64,000 nt of DNA, from the NCBI GenBank assembly GCA_031275285.1, contig JAISOY010000173.1, positions 1,098 to 65,097 on the forward strand, written 5' to 3'. Below the pieces are notes generated by a model, which saw only the letters and a program-made list of their open reading frames with translations, ran no database searches and was not told the DNA's origin. This DNA comes from Bacteroidales bacterium. GTDB lineage: Bacteria > Bacteroidota > Bacteroidia > Bacteroidales > UBA4181. Position numbers and translations under genes: made by a program. This document shows, piece by piece, positions 39,139 to 48,365 of the stretch; position 1 is the stretch's first letter; every line of letters starts with the position of its first letter.

Positions 39139-40419
39139 TTATAACTGCCGTCCTCGTTTCCGCTTCTTTGCTTTTAGTTGTCGTTGTTTTTCTTCCCGTT
39201 CTTTTTCTCTGGCAAAGGCGACATCTTCATAATTTTCGCCCTGTGGCTCAACGTCAAAAAGACTGAACAGGCTTGAAGCCGCATCTGTGATACCTGACAT
39301 ATTAAGCGATGGCGAAGAGGGCTTTTCCGGTTGAGGTGTATAGCTGACTTGTGTTTCCGGTCTTTCTTTTTTCACCGGAACATCATTGAACAGATTTTGG
39401 AACTGATTAGCCGAAAACTCTTTGCCTAAGCGAGAACCGTTAAGTATTGCCTGATTTTGATGATCTATAAATGTTACTCCGTATATCCGCCCTTGCTCGT
39501 TTTGCCGGAAAATAGCTCCGATATTTTTTCCTTTCAACAGAAGCTTGAAATCATGTATGTTATTTGTGTCTTTCATGGCTTTGGCTACAATCGGACGAAG
39601 ATTCTCCCTTATCCTGTTTTTCTCAATCGCTGATTTGGATAACTCAAAATGCTTTTGCATGGCATCGTAACCAACCGGTTTGCCGAACAATGACGATTTC
39701 AGAGGAACACCTACTTTCTCACCCTTGTCGTTTATTACAGAATAGATTAATCCCTGATAGGGTTTTCCCCGGTGTTCGCCTTTCACTTCTTCGACCGTAA
39801 CATTGAATTGTTCCAGCAATGTCCGGTACTCCCCGAATGACTGGAAATAGAAATGGTTCATAACCGACTTGGTAATATTGCCGACCTGATGTTTTATGTC
39901 TCCGGCTTTGTAATCTATCTTTTTTGTAGGGGCTTCGCTTTCCCGTCTTCCTTTCTCCAACGGGATAAGATTGAATTCCTGTTCCAGTTCCTTGCATATC
40001 TTCATCGAACGGGCTACTTCAAAGCTATCGTTTATCTTCTTGCCGGTTTCATCGACCCGCAGTGATACAATATGTGCGTGCGTCCGGTCTATGTCCGAAT
40101 GTTTGAATACGATATAAGGCTGATTTCCGTAGCCGAGTTTTTCCATGTATTGTCGGGCAATCTCCGACAAGCGTTCATCCGATAGTTTATCTTTCGGATC
40201 AGGATTAAGAGAAGCATGGAATACGACTTTTTCCGTCCTGTTGTTCATCGCCAGATAGGGAGCAAACGAATCCATACAATCATGGATAGAGAATTTACCG
40301 TCAGGAGAATCGAACATCCTCTGACTGTACAAAATTTCCGCCTGATTATCTTCCACCTTGATTTTATTATAGGCTAATACCCCGAATACCGATTTACCGG
40401 AACTTATTTTGGCGAGCAT
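39139..40419 (-). CDS. relaxase/mobilization nuclease (Bacteroides MobB/BmgA-like)
   Basis: N-terminal relaxase domain with 3-His motif HSDIDRTHAHIV. Basic C-terminal tail. Confidence 0.88.
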   Translation of the reverse strand: MLAKISSGKSVFGVLAYNKIKVEDNQAEILYSQRMFDSPDGKFSIHDCMDSFAPYLAMNNRTEKVVFHASLNPDPKDKLSDERLSEIARQYMEKLGYGNQPYIVFKHSDIDRTHAHIVSLRVDETGKKINDSFEVARSMKICKELEQEFNLIPLEKGRRESEAPTKKIDYKAGDIKHQVGNITKSVMNHFYFQSFGEYRTLLEQFNVTVEEVKGEHRGKPYQGLIYSVINDKGEKVGVPLKSSLFGKPVGYDAMQKHFELSKSAIEKNRIRENLRPIVAKAMKDTNNIHDFKLLLKGKNIGAIFRQNEQGRIYGVTFIDHQNQAILNGSRLGKEFSANQFQNLFNDVPVKKERPETQVSYTPQPEKPSSPSLNMSGITDAASSLFSLFDVEPQGENYEDVAFAREKEREEKQRQLKAKKRKRGRQL

Positions 40420-40844
40420 CGTTCCCTGATTTGAGTGTATAAATCTTCTATCTGACCTTTCAATAGTATAAAATCCAATGTCGGCTTCTCGATTATTTTC
40501 AACATCGAACGGGCTTTTCCCTCTCCCACATGCCGCACTAATGAGGCGAAAACCTGATTATAATTCGTCTTTATCGCTCGGAATTGAGCAAAGAACTGGG
40601 ATAACAGTATGGCAAAATCCATTGCCGGTTTATCTATCGGAATAATCTTTAGCGGATTATTCAGGATACAATTCACCATGAAACGGGACTTACTTTTGTG
40701 TCCCGACTTATGATACAAGGATAGAAACCGTTCGTTATCCTTGTTATTGAGGCGTATCATATGGCGGTGCATTTGTTTATCCGCCTTGGGCTTACGCCCT
40801 CTTTTCTTTTTGAGCCGTCCAGCTTCATGCTCATCATGCTTCAT
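40404..40844 (-). CDS. MobC-like relaxosome accessory protein
   Basis: Basic N-terminus (KKKRGRKPK) and RHH-like segment. 16-nt overlap with the relaxase gene. Start set at Met104 of the listed ORF, whose upstream part crosses the oriT-like repeats. Confidence 0.65.
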   Translation of the reverse strand: MKHDEHEAGRLKKKRGRKPKADKQMHRHMIRLNNKDNERFLSLYHKSGHKSKSRFMVNCILNNPLKIIPIDKPAMDFAILLSQFFAQFRAIKTNYNQVFASLVRHVGEGKARSMLKIIEKPTLDFILLKGQIEDLYTQIRERCSPK

Positions 40845-40986
40845 ACTTAATTGCATCATTAAAAGGTTCGACTTGGGAGAATCGCCCCCAAACCACCGGT
40901 TTGGGCAAGAAATGTTTTTGGAAGAAGGAAAATGGAATTTTTCGCTGACAAAAACACTTCTTGCTATTGTCCGGCGACAATAAAAT

Positions 40987-41083
40987 CCGCCACTCGTGGC
41001 GGACGTTAGCAGTAAGCGCGGGCGGTTACTCATTAATCGGGAGTATAAAATCAAAAACAACTCCCGACTTTCATTCCCGCCCG
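40987..41083. other. candidate oriT: hairpin plus nested inverted repeats upstream of the mob operon
   Basis: CCGCCAC-TC-GTGGCGG (40987-41002). Nested pairs CGGGCGG (41019-41025)/CCGCCCG (41077-41083) and CGGGAGT (41038-41044)/ACTCCCG (41060-41066). Confidence 0.4.
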
Positions 41084-41336
41084 ACAAAGATAGGTGATGA
41101 ACTCCGCTTGTACACAATAAGATAAGCGGACAGAAAGAGCCAGTTGGTGCCACATATACCCGATTTCAGAATCAGCTTTCTTTTATCACTTTATTTGTGT
41201 CGGCAAACAAACAGGGATTTATACAACCTTACTTATATGTCGGGTTTATGCCGGTAATGATATATCGACTGCCTATCTGTTAGTGTGTCACCATGTAGGC
41301 AGTAAAACAAGATAGAAACCAAGTAAATAGCATTAT

Positions 41337-41780
41337 ATGAAAGAAGATAGTAAAACAGACAAGAAGCAAAGTACGGGAATAGACACGAGTGCCTTCATCC
41401 GCCAAGTATCGGTTGCAGGCACAACAACTGACATTCCGCCAACCGTGCAACCGGTATCGGACGAAAACGAACAGGCGAATGAACCGGAAGCCGTTCAACC
41501 ACCCAACGAACCTGAAAAACAATCAGTCAGACGAAAGAAGTATCAAACGAATATCGACTATCCGGCGGTTTTTCTGTCCCGATACGAATTAAAAACGCGA
41601 CAAGGAATTTATATCGAAAAGGAAACCAATGAAACGATCAAGCGCATAGTCCATAATATTGGCGGCGAACGACTGACTGTTAGCGGATTTATCGAGAATG
41701 TATTAAAACATCACTTCGAGCTATATAAAGACGAGATCAACAACCTGTATGAATCGAAATTCAGTAAACCCATTAAATAA
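41337..41780 (+). CDS. DUF3408-like protein of Bacteroidetes mobile elements
   Basis: C-terminal YPAVFLSR...GIYIEKETNETIKRIV...FIENVLKHHFELYKDEI matches my recollection of DUF3408. Confidence 0.6.
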   Translation: MKEDSKTDKKQSTGIDTSAFIRQVSVAGTTTDIPPTVQPVSDENEQANEPEAVQPPNEPEKQSVRRKKYQTNIDYPAVFLSRYELKTRQGIYIEKETNETIKRIVHNIGGERLTVSGFIENVLKHHFELYKDEINNLYESKFSKPIK

Positions 41781-41787
41781 TAAGAAC

Positions 41788-42573
41788 ATGAACAATTCAG
41801 AGAATCAAAAACAAGCAAGACCTGTGTATCTTTCTTTTTGCACCCAAAAAGGCGGAGCGGGCAAATCCGTATTTACAACTTTAGTCGCCAGCTACCTGCA
41901 TTATTTGAAAAACTATAATGTGGCTGTAATAGATTGTGATTATCCGCAATGGAGTATCCAGAAGATGCGGAAACGGGAAGCGGAGCAACTACAAACCAAT
42001 GCTTTTTATCAGAGGAAAGCGGAAGCCCTGTTCACGAAATTGGGTAAACCGACTTATCCCATCGTTCCGACCGAACCGGAGCAAGCTCTGACAAGAGCAA
42101 AAGCATTTTTGGAGAACGAATCCGAGGAATATGATGTAGTCCTGTTCGACTTGCCGGGAACGGTGAACAACGAAAATGTCGTTCAGATATTTTTTCAGAT
42201 GGATTACCTGTTTGTTCCGATAACTACTTCGCGTATCAATATGGAAAGCACCTTGCCGTTTATTATTTCTATTAACGAGATGATAACCATGAATCCGCAG
42301 GTTAGGTTAAAAGGTATCTATCCTTTTTGGAACAGAGTAACCAACCGTGAAAGACGGGAACTGTTCAATTATTACGAAGAAGCCATCTTAGGATTGGGCA
42401 TTTCCATTATGGAAAGCCGTATTCCGCAAAGTGTCCGTTACGACAGGGAACAATCCATAGAGGGCAACGACTATCTGTTCTTATCTACAATCTTTCCTCC
42501 TGATAAGCCACTTCTGAAAGACAGTAATTTGGATTTGTTGGTAGAGGAAGTTATCAAAGCGACCAATCTGTAA
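41788..42573 (+). CDS. ParA-family ATPase (TraA-like)
   Basis: Deviant Walker A CTQKGGAGKS. Walker B VVLFDLPG. Confidence 0.85.
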   Translation: MNNSENQKQARPVYLSFCTQKGGAGKSVFTTLVASYLHYLKNYNVAVIDCDYPQWSIQKMRKREAEQLQTNAFYQRKAEALFTKLGKPTYPIVPTEPEQALTRAKAFLENESEEYDVVLFDLPGTVNNENVVQIFFQMDYLFVPITTSRINMESTLPFIISINEMITMNPQVRLKGIYPFWNRVTNRERRELFNYYEEAILGLGISIMESRIPQSVRYDREQSIEGNDYLFLSTIFPPDKPLLKDSNLDLLVEEVIKATNL

Positions 42574-42580
42574 CATATAT

Positions 42581-43264
42581 ATGATGGAAGCTGAAAAGAT
42601 AAAAGTAATTCTACTGGCGACAGCATGTTTCTTTATGGCGTGCCTGAACCTCTGGAATATTTTCAAGGATTGGTTTGATGAAAAATACCAATCCAGACAA
42701 AAAGATAAGGATAGTAAGGAGCGGTCGCCAGTCAAAGAGCCGATACCGGATATTATTGGAAAAACGAAGTTCAAACTATCCGATGAAAGGAAGCCCAAGC
42801 AGGAAGAGCCAGTAAAACAAGATGATCCATTGAAAAAGGAAATAGCCGAGTTGAAAGAACTGGTACTGCAACAATCCAAGATGATAGAAGAAAACAAGCC
42901 TTTCATGTCTATCCCGTTGGAGAAAAAAGAACCTTCCAACATTGATTTGGACACTATAGATGATGAAAGTATTCCACTCCTGACGGAAAAGGAACGGTCG
43001 CAATTCAGCACAGGAACAACCCTTGATGAATTTGAGTTAGTGGTCAAGACACTGAAAGGCAATCCGATTACGAAAGAAGAAGAAACGCAAGGCGGGCAAA
43101 TCATCTCCAAAATTGACGGGACAGATATTTACAATCAATTCACCAAACAGATTCATGGTGCGGAGGAACGAGCGATGGCAATCCTGAATCGGATTGAGGA
43201 TAATAGAACTTTGTCTGGTAATGGAGATGAGGAGTTTGATTATAGGAAGTATGTTAGGGAGTAA
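42581..43264 (+). CDS. membrane-anchored, charged hypothetical protein
   Basis: One N-terminal TM helix, Lys/Glu-rich coiled region, no catalytic motif. Confidence 0.45.
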   Translation: MMEAEKIKVILLATACFFMACLNLWNIFKDWFDEKYQSRQKDKDSKERSPVKEPIPDIIGKTKFKLSDERKPKQEEPVKQDDPLKKEIAELKELVLQQSKMIEENKPFMSIPLEKKEPSNIDLDTIDDESIPLLTEKERSQFSTGTTLDEFELVVKTLKGNPITKEEETQGGQIISKIDGTDIYNQFTKQIHGAEERAMAILNRIEDNRTLSGNGDEEFDYRKYVRE

Positions 43265-43330
43265 GTAAAAAATAAATTATTTATGGATATTATTCAAGAA
43301 CTTCCCTCTTTTATCAACTAATTGAAGTAC

Positions 43331-43363
43331 TTTGGGTAGTATCGAAAAAAATCAATATATTTG
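43331..43363 (+). promoter_or_regulatory. Bacteroidetes-type promoter candidate for the defence operon
   Basis: TTTG (43331-43334), a 21-nt spacer, then TATATTTG (43356-43363, fits TAnnTTTG), 35 nt upstream of the ATG at 43398. Confidence 0.5.
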
Positions 43364-43397
43364 CAAAATATACCAACTAATTAGTAAGAAAGAAGAG

Positions 43398-43589
43398 ATG
43401 AACAGACTTAAAGCGGTATTAGCCGAGCAGCGTCGTACAGGTAAATGGCTTGCAGAAACCCTAGGAAGAGATCAATCCACGGTATCTAGATGGTGTTCAA
43501 ATAAAAGCCAGCCTCCTATGGATACAATGCATAAAATAGCGAATTTGTTAGATATTGATGTTAAAGAGCTTATAATTTCAACAAAATAA
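43398..43589 (+). CDS. XRE/Cro-C1-type HTH protein (controller C-protein-like)
   Basis: 63 aa. GKWLAETLGRDQSTVSRWCSNKSQP is a classic HTH_3 pattern. It is the first gene of the methyltransferase operon. Confidence 0.8.
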   Translation: MNRLKAVLAEQRRTGKWLAETLGRDQSTVSRWCSNKSQPPMDTMHKIANLLDIDVKELIISTK

Positions 43590-43595
43590 CCTGAA

Positions 43596-44867
43596 ATGGA
43601 ACAATACATACAATATATACATTTCGATAATGTACCTGTTAATCCTGACTGGTGCTTTAAGAATGTGCGTTCTACAGAACAATGGACACATGGATACCAT
43701 AGATATCCTGCTAAATTCTTACCCAATTTAGTGAAAAAGTTAATAGAAGAATATACTCAAGAAGATGATTTAGTGGCAGATATGTTTGCGGGATGTGGAA
43801 CAACTCTTGTTGAAGCGAAAATACATGGCCGAAAATCTGTTGGAGTTGATATTAATCCTGTAGCAGAGTTAATAACACGAGCTAAAATAAATCCAATAAA
43901 TCCAGAGAAGCTAACTAAAAGATATAATAAAATAATTAAAAGATTAGATCAGTTTTCTCAAACAGATTATATGAATCTATCTGTTCATGAAAAAATTGAT
44001 TACTGGTTTTTTCCTGAGCATAAAGCGAAAATAGCGTTTTTATATAATGAAATTACATCAATTAAGAATACAAAAGAAAAAGAGTTTTTCCTCGTTTCGC
44101 TTTCTCACATTCTCAAAAATTGCTCAAAATGGTTACAATCAAGCACTAAACCTCAAATTGATCCTAAAAAGAAACCTTCTGACCCTTTTGACGCATTTCA
44201 GTTACATTCAAGACAGATGATGAACAAAAATTCAGATTTTTATTCACAGCTAGTAACTAATGATTTTTTAAATGTTAGATGTGATATAAAGTTAGAAGAT
44301 GCTAGAAAAACATCAATAAAATCTAATTCAGTTGCAGCTATTGTCACATCACCACCATATGTAACCTCTTATGAATATGCAGATATTCATCAACTGACAG
44401 GATATTGGTATGAATACATAGAAAATTTAGCAGACTTTAGAAGAAATTTTATTGGTACATTTTATTCATTAAATCAAAATTTAGAATGTGAGTCAAGACT
44501 AGCTCAGGATATTGTCAGCCAGCTATTAAAGAAAGACCCTCGAACAGCAAAAGAGGTAGCGAATTATTTTAAAGACATGTCTGATGTAGGAAAAGAAATG
44601 CATAGAATACTTAGAAAAGGTGGTCATGCTTGTCTTGTAATAGGAAATACAACATTTAAAAACATAAAAATAAAATCAGCCGAGGTTATTGCGGATTTAC
44701 TTATCTTATTAGGATTTGAAATTGTTGAAGTAATAAAAAGAAGTATTCCTAATAAGTTAATACCGACAATAAGAGATGAAGTTACAGGCAAATTTTCTAA
44801 ACTAGAAAATGCAAATAGTAAACTTGTTTATCCTGAAGAATACATATTAATAGTAAAGAAAATATGA
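43596..44867 (+). CDS. amino-DNA methyltransferase (N4-C or N6-A), motif I before motif IV
   Basis: HRYPAKFLP, SAM motif DMFAGCGTT (aa 62-70), GVDINP, catalytic TSPPY (aa 251-255). Confidence 0.88.
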   Translation: MEQYIQYIHFDNVPVNPDWCFKNVRSTEQWTHGYHRYPAKFLPNLVKKLIEEYTQEDDLVADMFAGCGTTLVEAKIHGRKSVGVDINPVAELITRAKINPINPEKLTKRYNKIIKRLDQFSQTDYMNLSVHEKIDYWFFPEHKAKIAFLYNEITSIKNTKEKEFFLVSLSHILKNCSKWLQSSTKPQIDPKKKPSDPFDAFQLHSRQMMNKNSDFYSQLVTNDFLNVRCDIKLEDARKTSIKSNSVAAIVTSPPYVTSYEYADIHQLTGYWYEYIENLADFRRNFIGTFYSLNQNLECESRLAQDIVSQLLKKDPRTAKEVANYFKDMSDVGKEMHRILRKGGHACLVIGNTTFKNIKIKSAEVIADLLILLGFEIVEVIKRSIPNKLIPTIRDEVTGKFSKLENANSKLVYPEEYILIVKKI

Positions 44868-44868
44868 T

Positions 44869-47091
44869 ATGGCAATTATAAAAAAAGATAGTCAACCATT
44901 TCAGCCATATGCACGATTGATGAATATTCTTGGAGATCAGCTTATTACAGACAAAAAGGTCGCTGTAATAGAAATCCTAAAGAATAGTTATGATGCGGAT
45001 GCAGATGATGTTAAAGTCCGTTTCTTTAATTTAGAAAATTATGGAAAAAAATACTTAGAAGATGATGAGTTACCATATATCGAAATAGAAGATGATGGAG
45101 ATGGTATGACTCTCGAAACAATCCAAAACGTATGGCTTAGGCCTGCCACTCCTAATAAATTAGATAAGAAAAAAAGAAAAGAAAATCATACTAAGAAAGG
45201 GCGAATTATTCAAGGAGAGAAAGGTGTTGGGCGTTTCGCAATACACAAATTGGGAGAGAGAATAGATTTATACACTAAAACGTTAGAAGGAGAAGAGGTT
45301 AGGCTAGAGATGGATTTTACCGAATATAATCCAGAAGATATAGACTTATTCAATCAACCTTCTTCCCAATATAAATTGCTAAATGAAGTTCATAATACTT
45401 GGTATGTGAATGATCCTCCTGTAGAAATAAAGAAAGAAAAAGGTACTCTTATAAGAATTCATAATCTGAGGGAGAAATGGACTTCAAAAGATTTTGAAGA
45501 TTTATATAAGTCTATTTTACGTCTTATCCCTCCGATTGATGAAAATGCTATAAAGTTAGGAGTTAATTTTATACAAGACTTTTCAATAGAATTATTCTTA
45601 AATGATAAGCTATATATTTCTAGCGAGGTTACAACTTTTAAAGATGTCGTAGAAAGAGCTCAGTTCTCAATGATCGGTGAAGTTTCTGGTGATGGTGTGT
45701 TAAAATTTGAATATAATTCGACATCTCCCAAAAGAAATTTCCATAGAAGCATTAATCTTTTGGATAAAGATAATTTGTCACAGTTTCAATACCCAACAAA
45801 AACAATTGAAGACTGGTTTATTAAATTTGGAAGAGTGCCTAGCTGTGGTAGTTTTAAATTTACGTTTTATGCTTTTAATTTAAAGAAAAGAGATAAAACT
45901 ATTATTACAGCTGAAATTGACCAATTCATTAAACAAAATTTTGTTTACTTACTAAGAGATGGGGTACGTGTATATCCATATGGAGAAAAGGGTTATGACT
46001 GGCTAGAACTAGATAAATTAAGGGCTACTATTAAAGCAGGTGATTATATTAGTTATAATGATTTAATTGGTTTTGTCTATATAAGTCAAGAAAATAATCC
46101 TAGGTTAAAAGACTCAACCAATAGACAAGGGATTATGGATGTTGATGGTGCTTTTGAAGATTTTAAGAGATTGTTAACAGAAACCACTCAAATACTAAAT
46201 ACGGAAAAGAAAATTGATGAAAACAAACTAGAGATAAATAAAAACCAAACTTATAAAGACTCCAATAATTTAGTATTAAATTCTTTTAACCTCTTTAAGT
46301 CAAGTCTTCAAAATGTAGATAATAAAGATGTATTAGAAAAAGCAAATAAGTTTCTTAAAGCTGTTAATAATCATACAACTATCATGAAAGAACGTATGGA
46401 AACAGTTGAGGATTTAGCCGGTCTTGGAATGGCTGTAGAGAGATCTTCACACGATTCTCTAACATTGCTGGCTAAAATGAGAGTAAATGTTAAAGACTTT
46501 AAAATAAAGGTGAAAAAAAAAGATTATAAGGACAAAGATATTTTGGCATTACTTGATGAACTTGATGAAAGCTTAAATTTTGTTTATGATGAAATGCAAG
46601 TTATTCAACCTTTATTTAAAAATCAACGTAAAGCCATAAAAAATATTAGCATTTATGAAACAGCTAATAAGGTAGTAAAGTATTTCAGAAGAGATATTGA
46701 CGGAAAAATTAATGTTTCAATACAAAATGATGGTGATATTACAGTAAAAACCAACGCAGGGCTTATTCTTCAAATATTAATCAATTTGCTTGATAATGCA
46801 ATTTATTGGGTTAATAAAAATGAAACATCACCAAAAGAAATAACGATCAAAATAAATTCTAAAAATGACACTCTTGTCATTGCTGATAATGGGCCTGGTA
46901 TACGTGAAGATACCATACCTCTTATATATAATGAATTTTTTTCACTAAAATCAGATGGACGTGGATTGGGACTTTATATCGTTAAAGAAATTCTTCTTAG
47001 AATTAATGGGGAAATTTCAGTTATTCAAGATGAAGATCGTAAGCTTCTTCATGGAGCAAACTTTATCATTAAATTTAATCAAGAGCAATAA
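44869..47091 (+). CDS. fusion protein: N-terminal MutL/MORC-like GHKL ATPase plus C-terminal histidine-kinase core (HisKA-like + HATPase_c)
   Basis: N-terminal: EILKNSYDA (ExxxNxxD), EDDGDGM (DxGxG), GEKGVGRFA. C-terminal: H-box ERSSHDSLTLL (His528, codon 46450-46452), N-box LINLLDNAIYW, G1 IADNGPGI, F IYNEFF, G2 GRGLGLYIV. Confidence 0.8.
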   Translation: MAIIKKDSQPFQPYARLMNILGDQLITDKKVAVIEILKNSYDADADDVKVRFFNLENYGKKYLEDDELPYIEIEDDGDGMTLETIQNVWLRPATPNKLDKKKRKENHTKKGRIIQGEKGVGRFAIHKLGERIDLYTKTLEGEEVRLEMDFTEYNPEDIDLFNQPSSQYKLLNEVHNTWYVNDPPVEIKKEKGTLIRIHNLREKWTSKDFEDLYKSILRLIPPIDENAIKLGVNFIQDFSIELFLNDKLYISSEVTTFKDVVERAQFSMIGEVSGDGVLKFEYNSTSPKRNFHRSINLLDKDNLSQFQYPTKTIEDWFIKFGRVPSCGSFKFTFYAFNLKKRDKTIITAEIDQFIKQNFVYLLRDGVRVYPYGEKGYDWLELDKLRATIKAGDYISYNDLIGFVYISQENNPRLKDSTNRQGIMDVDGAFEDFKRLLTETTQILNTEKKIDENKLEINKNQTYKDSNNLVLNSFNLFKSSLQNVDNKDVLEKANKFLKAVNNHTTIMKERMETVEDLAGLGMAVERSSHDSLTLLAKMRVNVKDFKIKVKKKDYKDKDILALLDELDESLNFVYDEMQVIQPLFKNQRKAIKNISIYETANKVVKYFRRDIDGKINVSIQNDGDITVKTNAGLILQILINLLDNAIYWVNKNETSPKEITIKINSKNDTLVIADNGPGIREDTIPLIYNEFFSLKSDGRGLGLYIVKEILLRINGEISVIQDEDRKLLHGANFIIKFNQEQ

Positions 47092-47092
47092 T

Positions 47093-48328
47093 ATGGAAGG
47101 TATTATTTTATTTGCAGATGACAATGTTTTTGATTCTGATCGACTTGAGAACAAATTATTTCATAAGTTCAATTCAAATGGCTATTTTTCTATATTACCA
47201 ATTAATAATTTAACTATTCTTGAAAAAACAGTTTCATCCATATCTACTTATAAAGCGTTGATTCTAGATTGGAATTTTAAGAGATTTGTTGATGATGAGG
47301 ATTTTGAAGATATAGAAGTGGAAGATGAAACACCATTAGAATTTTTAAGAAAAAACAAATTATATTCATTAATCTATATATATTCTCAAGATTTAATTCC
47401 TCAAGATATACAAGATGAGCTGAATGCTTTATATCCTAATAAAATATTCTTTGAGAAAAAAAATGCTACGAATGAAACAGAAAAAGAATATAACAAAATT
47501 ATCGCTGGAATTAATAAGTTTCAGGAAGAAAATACACACTTAGAAGTTCCTTTTGTGTGGAGTCAAGCTATAAACCAATCAGCTCAAGTTATATTCTCTG
47601 AATTGGAAAAAGCTGATCCGAACTGGATCAGAGAAATATATCAAACTGCGCAAACAGATGGGGCAGAGCCTAGTATTGAAGTTATAAATGTATTTCACAA
47701 TTTATTGAATGAATCAATTGTTCAGAATGATATTCTGTCAAGAGTTTTGTCTGAGTATACTGAATCTTCAAATGTGAGAAATCCAACTAGTGAACTATCT
47801 TTAGCTAAATTATATAATAGAATTTATTATACAAAATTGCTTGATACTGCTCCATTCATGACAGGGGATATTTTTAAATTTTCTGAGGAAGATTTTGCAA
47901 TATTATTTACTCCAGAATGTGATGTTTCTTCTAAGCAAGATAAAGCTCTCGAATTTTTAGTTTTCAGAAAAAATAATTTTAATGATTTTTTATCCGATAA
48001 GAAGCAATACTCAAAGGATCAGTATTCACAAATGATTAATAAACAAAAACAATCAAAAGATTTAACATCCCAGTTCAATAATGGAAATATGGCATTCCAT
48101 ATTCTTCCATCCTTTCCTTTTGATGAGACTTCATATAATATGTCTGCTTTTATTGACTTTGAATCTGCTTTTGTTGTCAAGGATACTGATTTTTTTAAGG
48201 ATAAAAGAAGCCAATATAAATTGAATTCTCCATATATTTATCAATTACGTCAGCGTTATATTGCATATATTGGACGAGTTGGAGTTCCTGCGATTCCTCA
48301 AAGTTTACGACTTTACAATTTGAAATAA
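47093..48328 (+). CDS. receiver (REC)-like domain protein with an uncharacterised ~290-aa C-terminal domain
   Basis: IILFADD (acidic pair D9/D10), ALILDWN (Asp59, codon 47267-47269), IYIYS (Ser98), FFEKK (Lys122). The start is 1 nt after the kinase stop. The rest is unrecognised. Confidence 0.6.
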   Translation: MEGIILFADDNVFDSDRLENKLFHKFNSNGYFSILPINNLTILEKTVSSISTYKALILDWNFKRFVDDEDFEDIEVEDETPLEFLRKNKLYSLIYIYSQDLIPQDIQDELNALYPNKIFFEKKNATNETEKEYNKIIAGINKFQEENTHLEVPFVWSQAINQSAQVIFSELEKADPNWIREIYQTAQTDGAEPSIEVINVFHNLLNESIVQNDILSRVLSEYTESSNVRNPTSELSLAKLYNRIYYTKLLDTAPFMTGDIFKFSEEDFAILFTPECDVSSKQDKALEFLVFRKNNFNDFLSDKKQYSKDQYSQMINKQKQSKDLTSQFNNGNMAFHILPSFPFDETSYNMSAFIDFESAFVVKDTDFFKDKRSQYKLNSPYIYQLRQRYIAYIGRVGVPAIPQSLRLYNLK

Positions 48329-48365
48329 CACTTTAGCATATTTCTTATAACCGAGAACAGATTGA

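Noticed and set aside
40845-41153. N-terminal 103-aa extension of the MobC-like ORF (listed as 40404-41153)
   Set aside because: The extension runs through the GC-rich inverted repeats interpreted as oriT and has no protein-like features. The MobC-like basic N-terminus begins at the internal Met (40844).
42481-43110. 209-aa minus-strand ORF opposite the ParA 3' end and the 227-aa gene
   Set aside because: Ser-rich shadow ORF. The plus-strand genes fit the operon layout of Bacteroidetes mobile elements.
46955-47092. Upstream extension of the REC-protein ORF overlapping the kinase gene; similar extensions at 15415-15585, 23479-23574, 28671-27, 29135-29272 and 43332-43397
   Set aside because: Each overlaps the 3' end of the preceding gene. 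An in-frame ATG immediately after the upstream stop gives a product with a sensible N-terminus (signal peptide or family-typical start).
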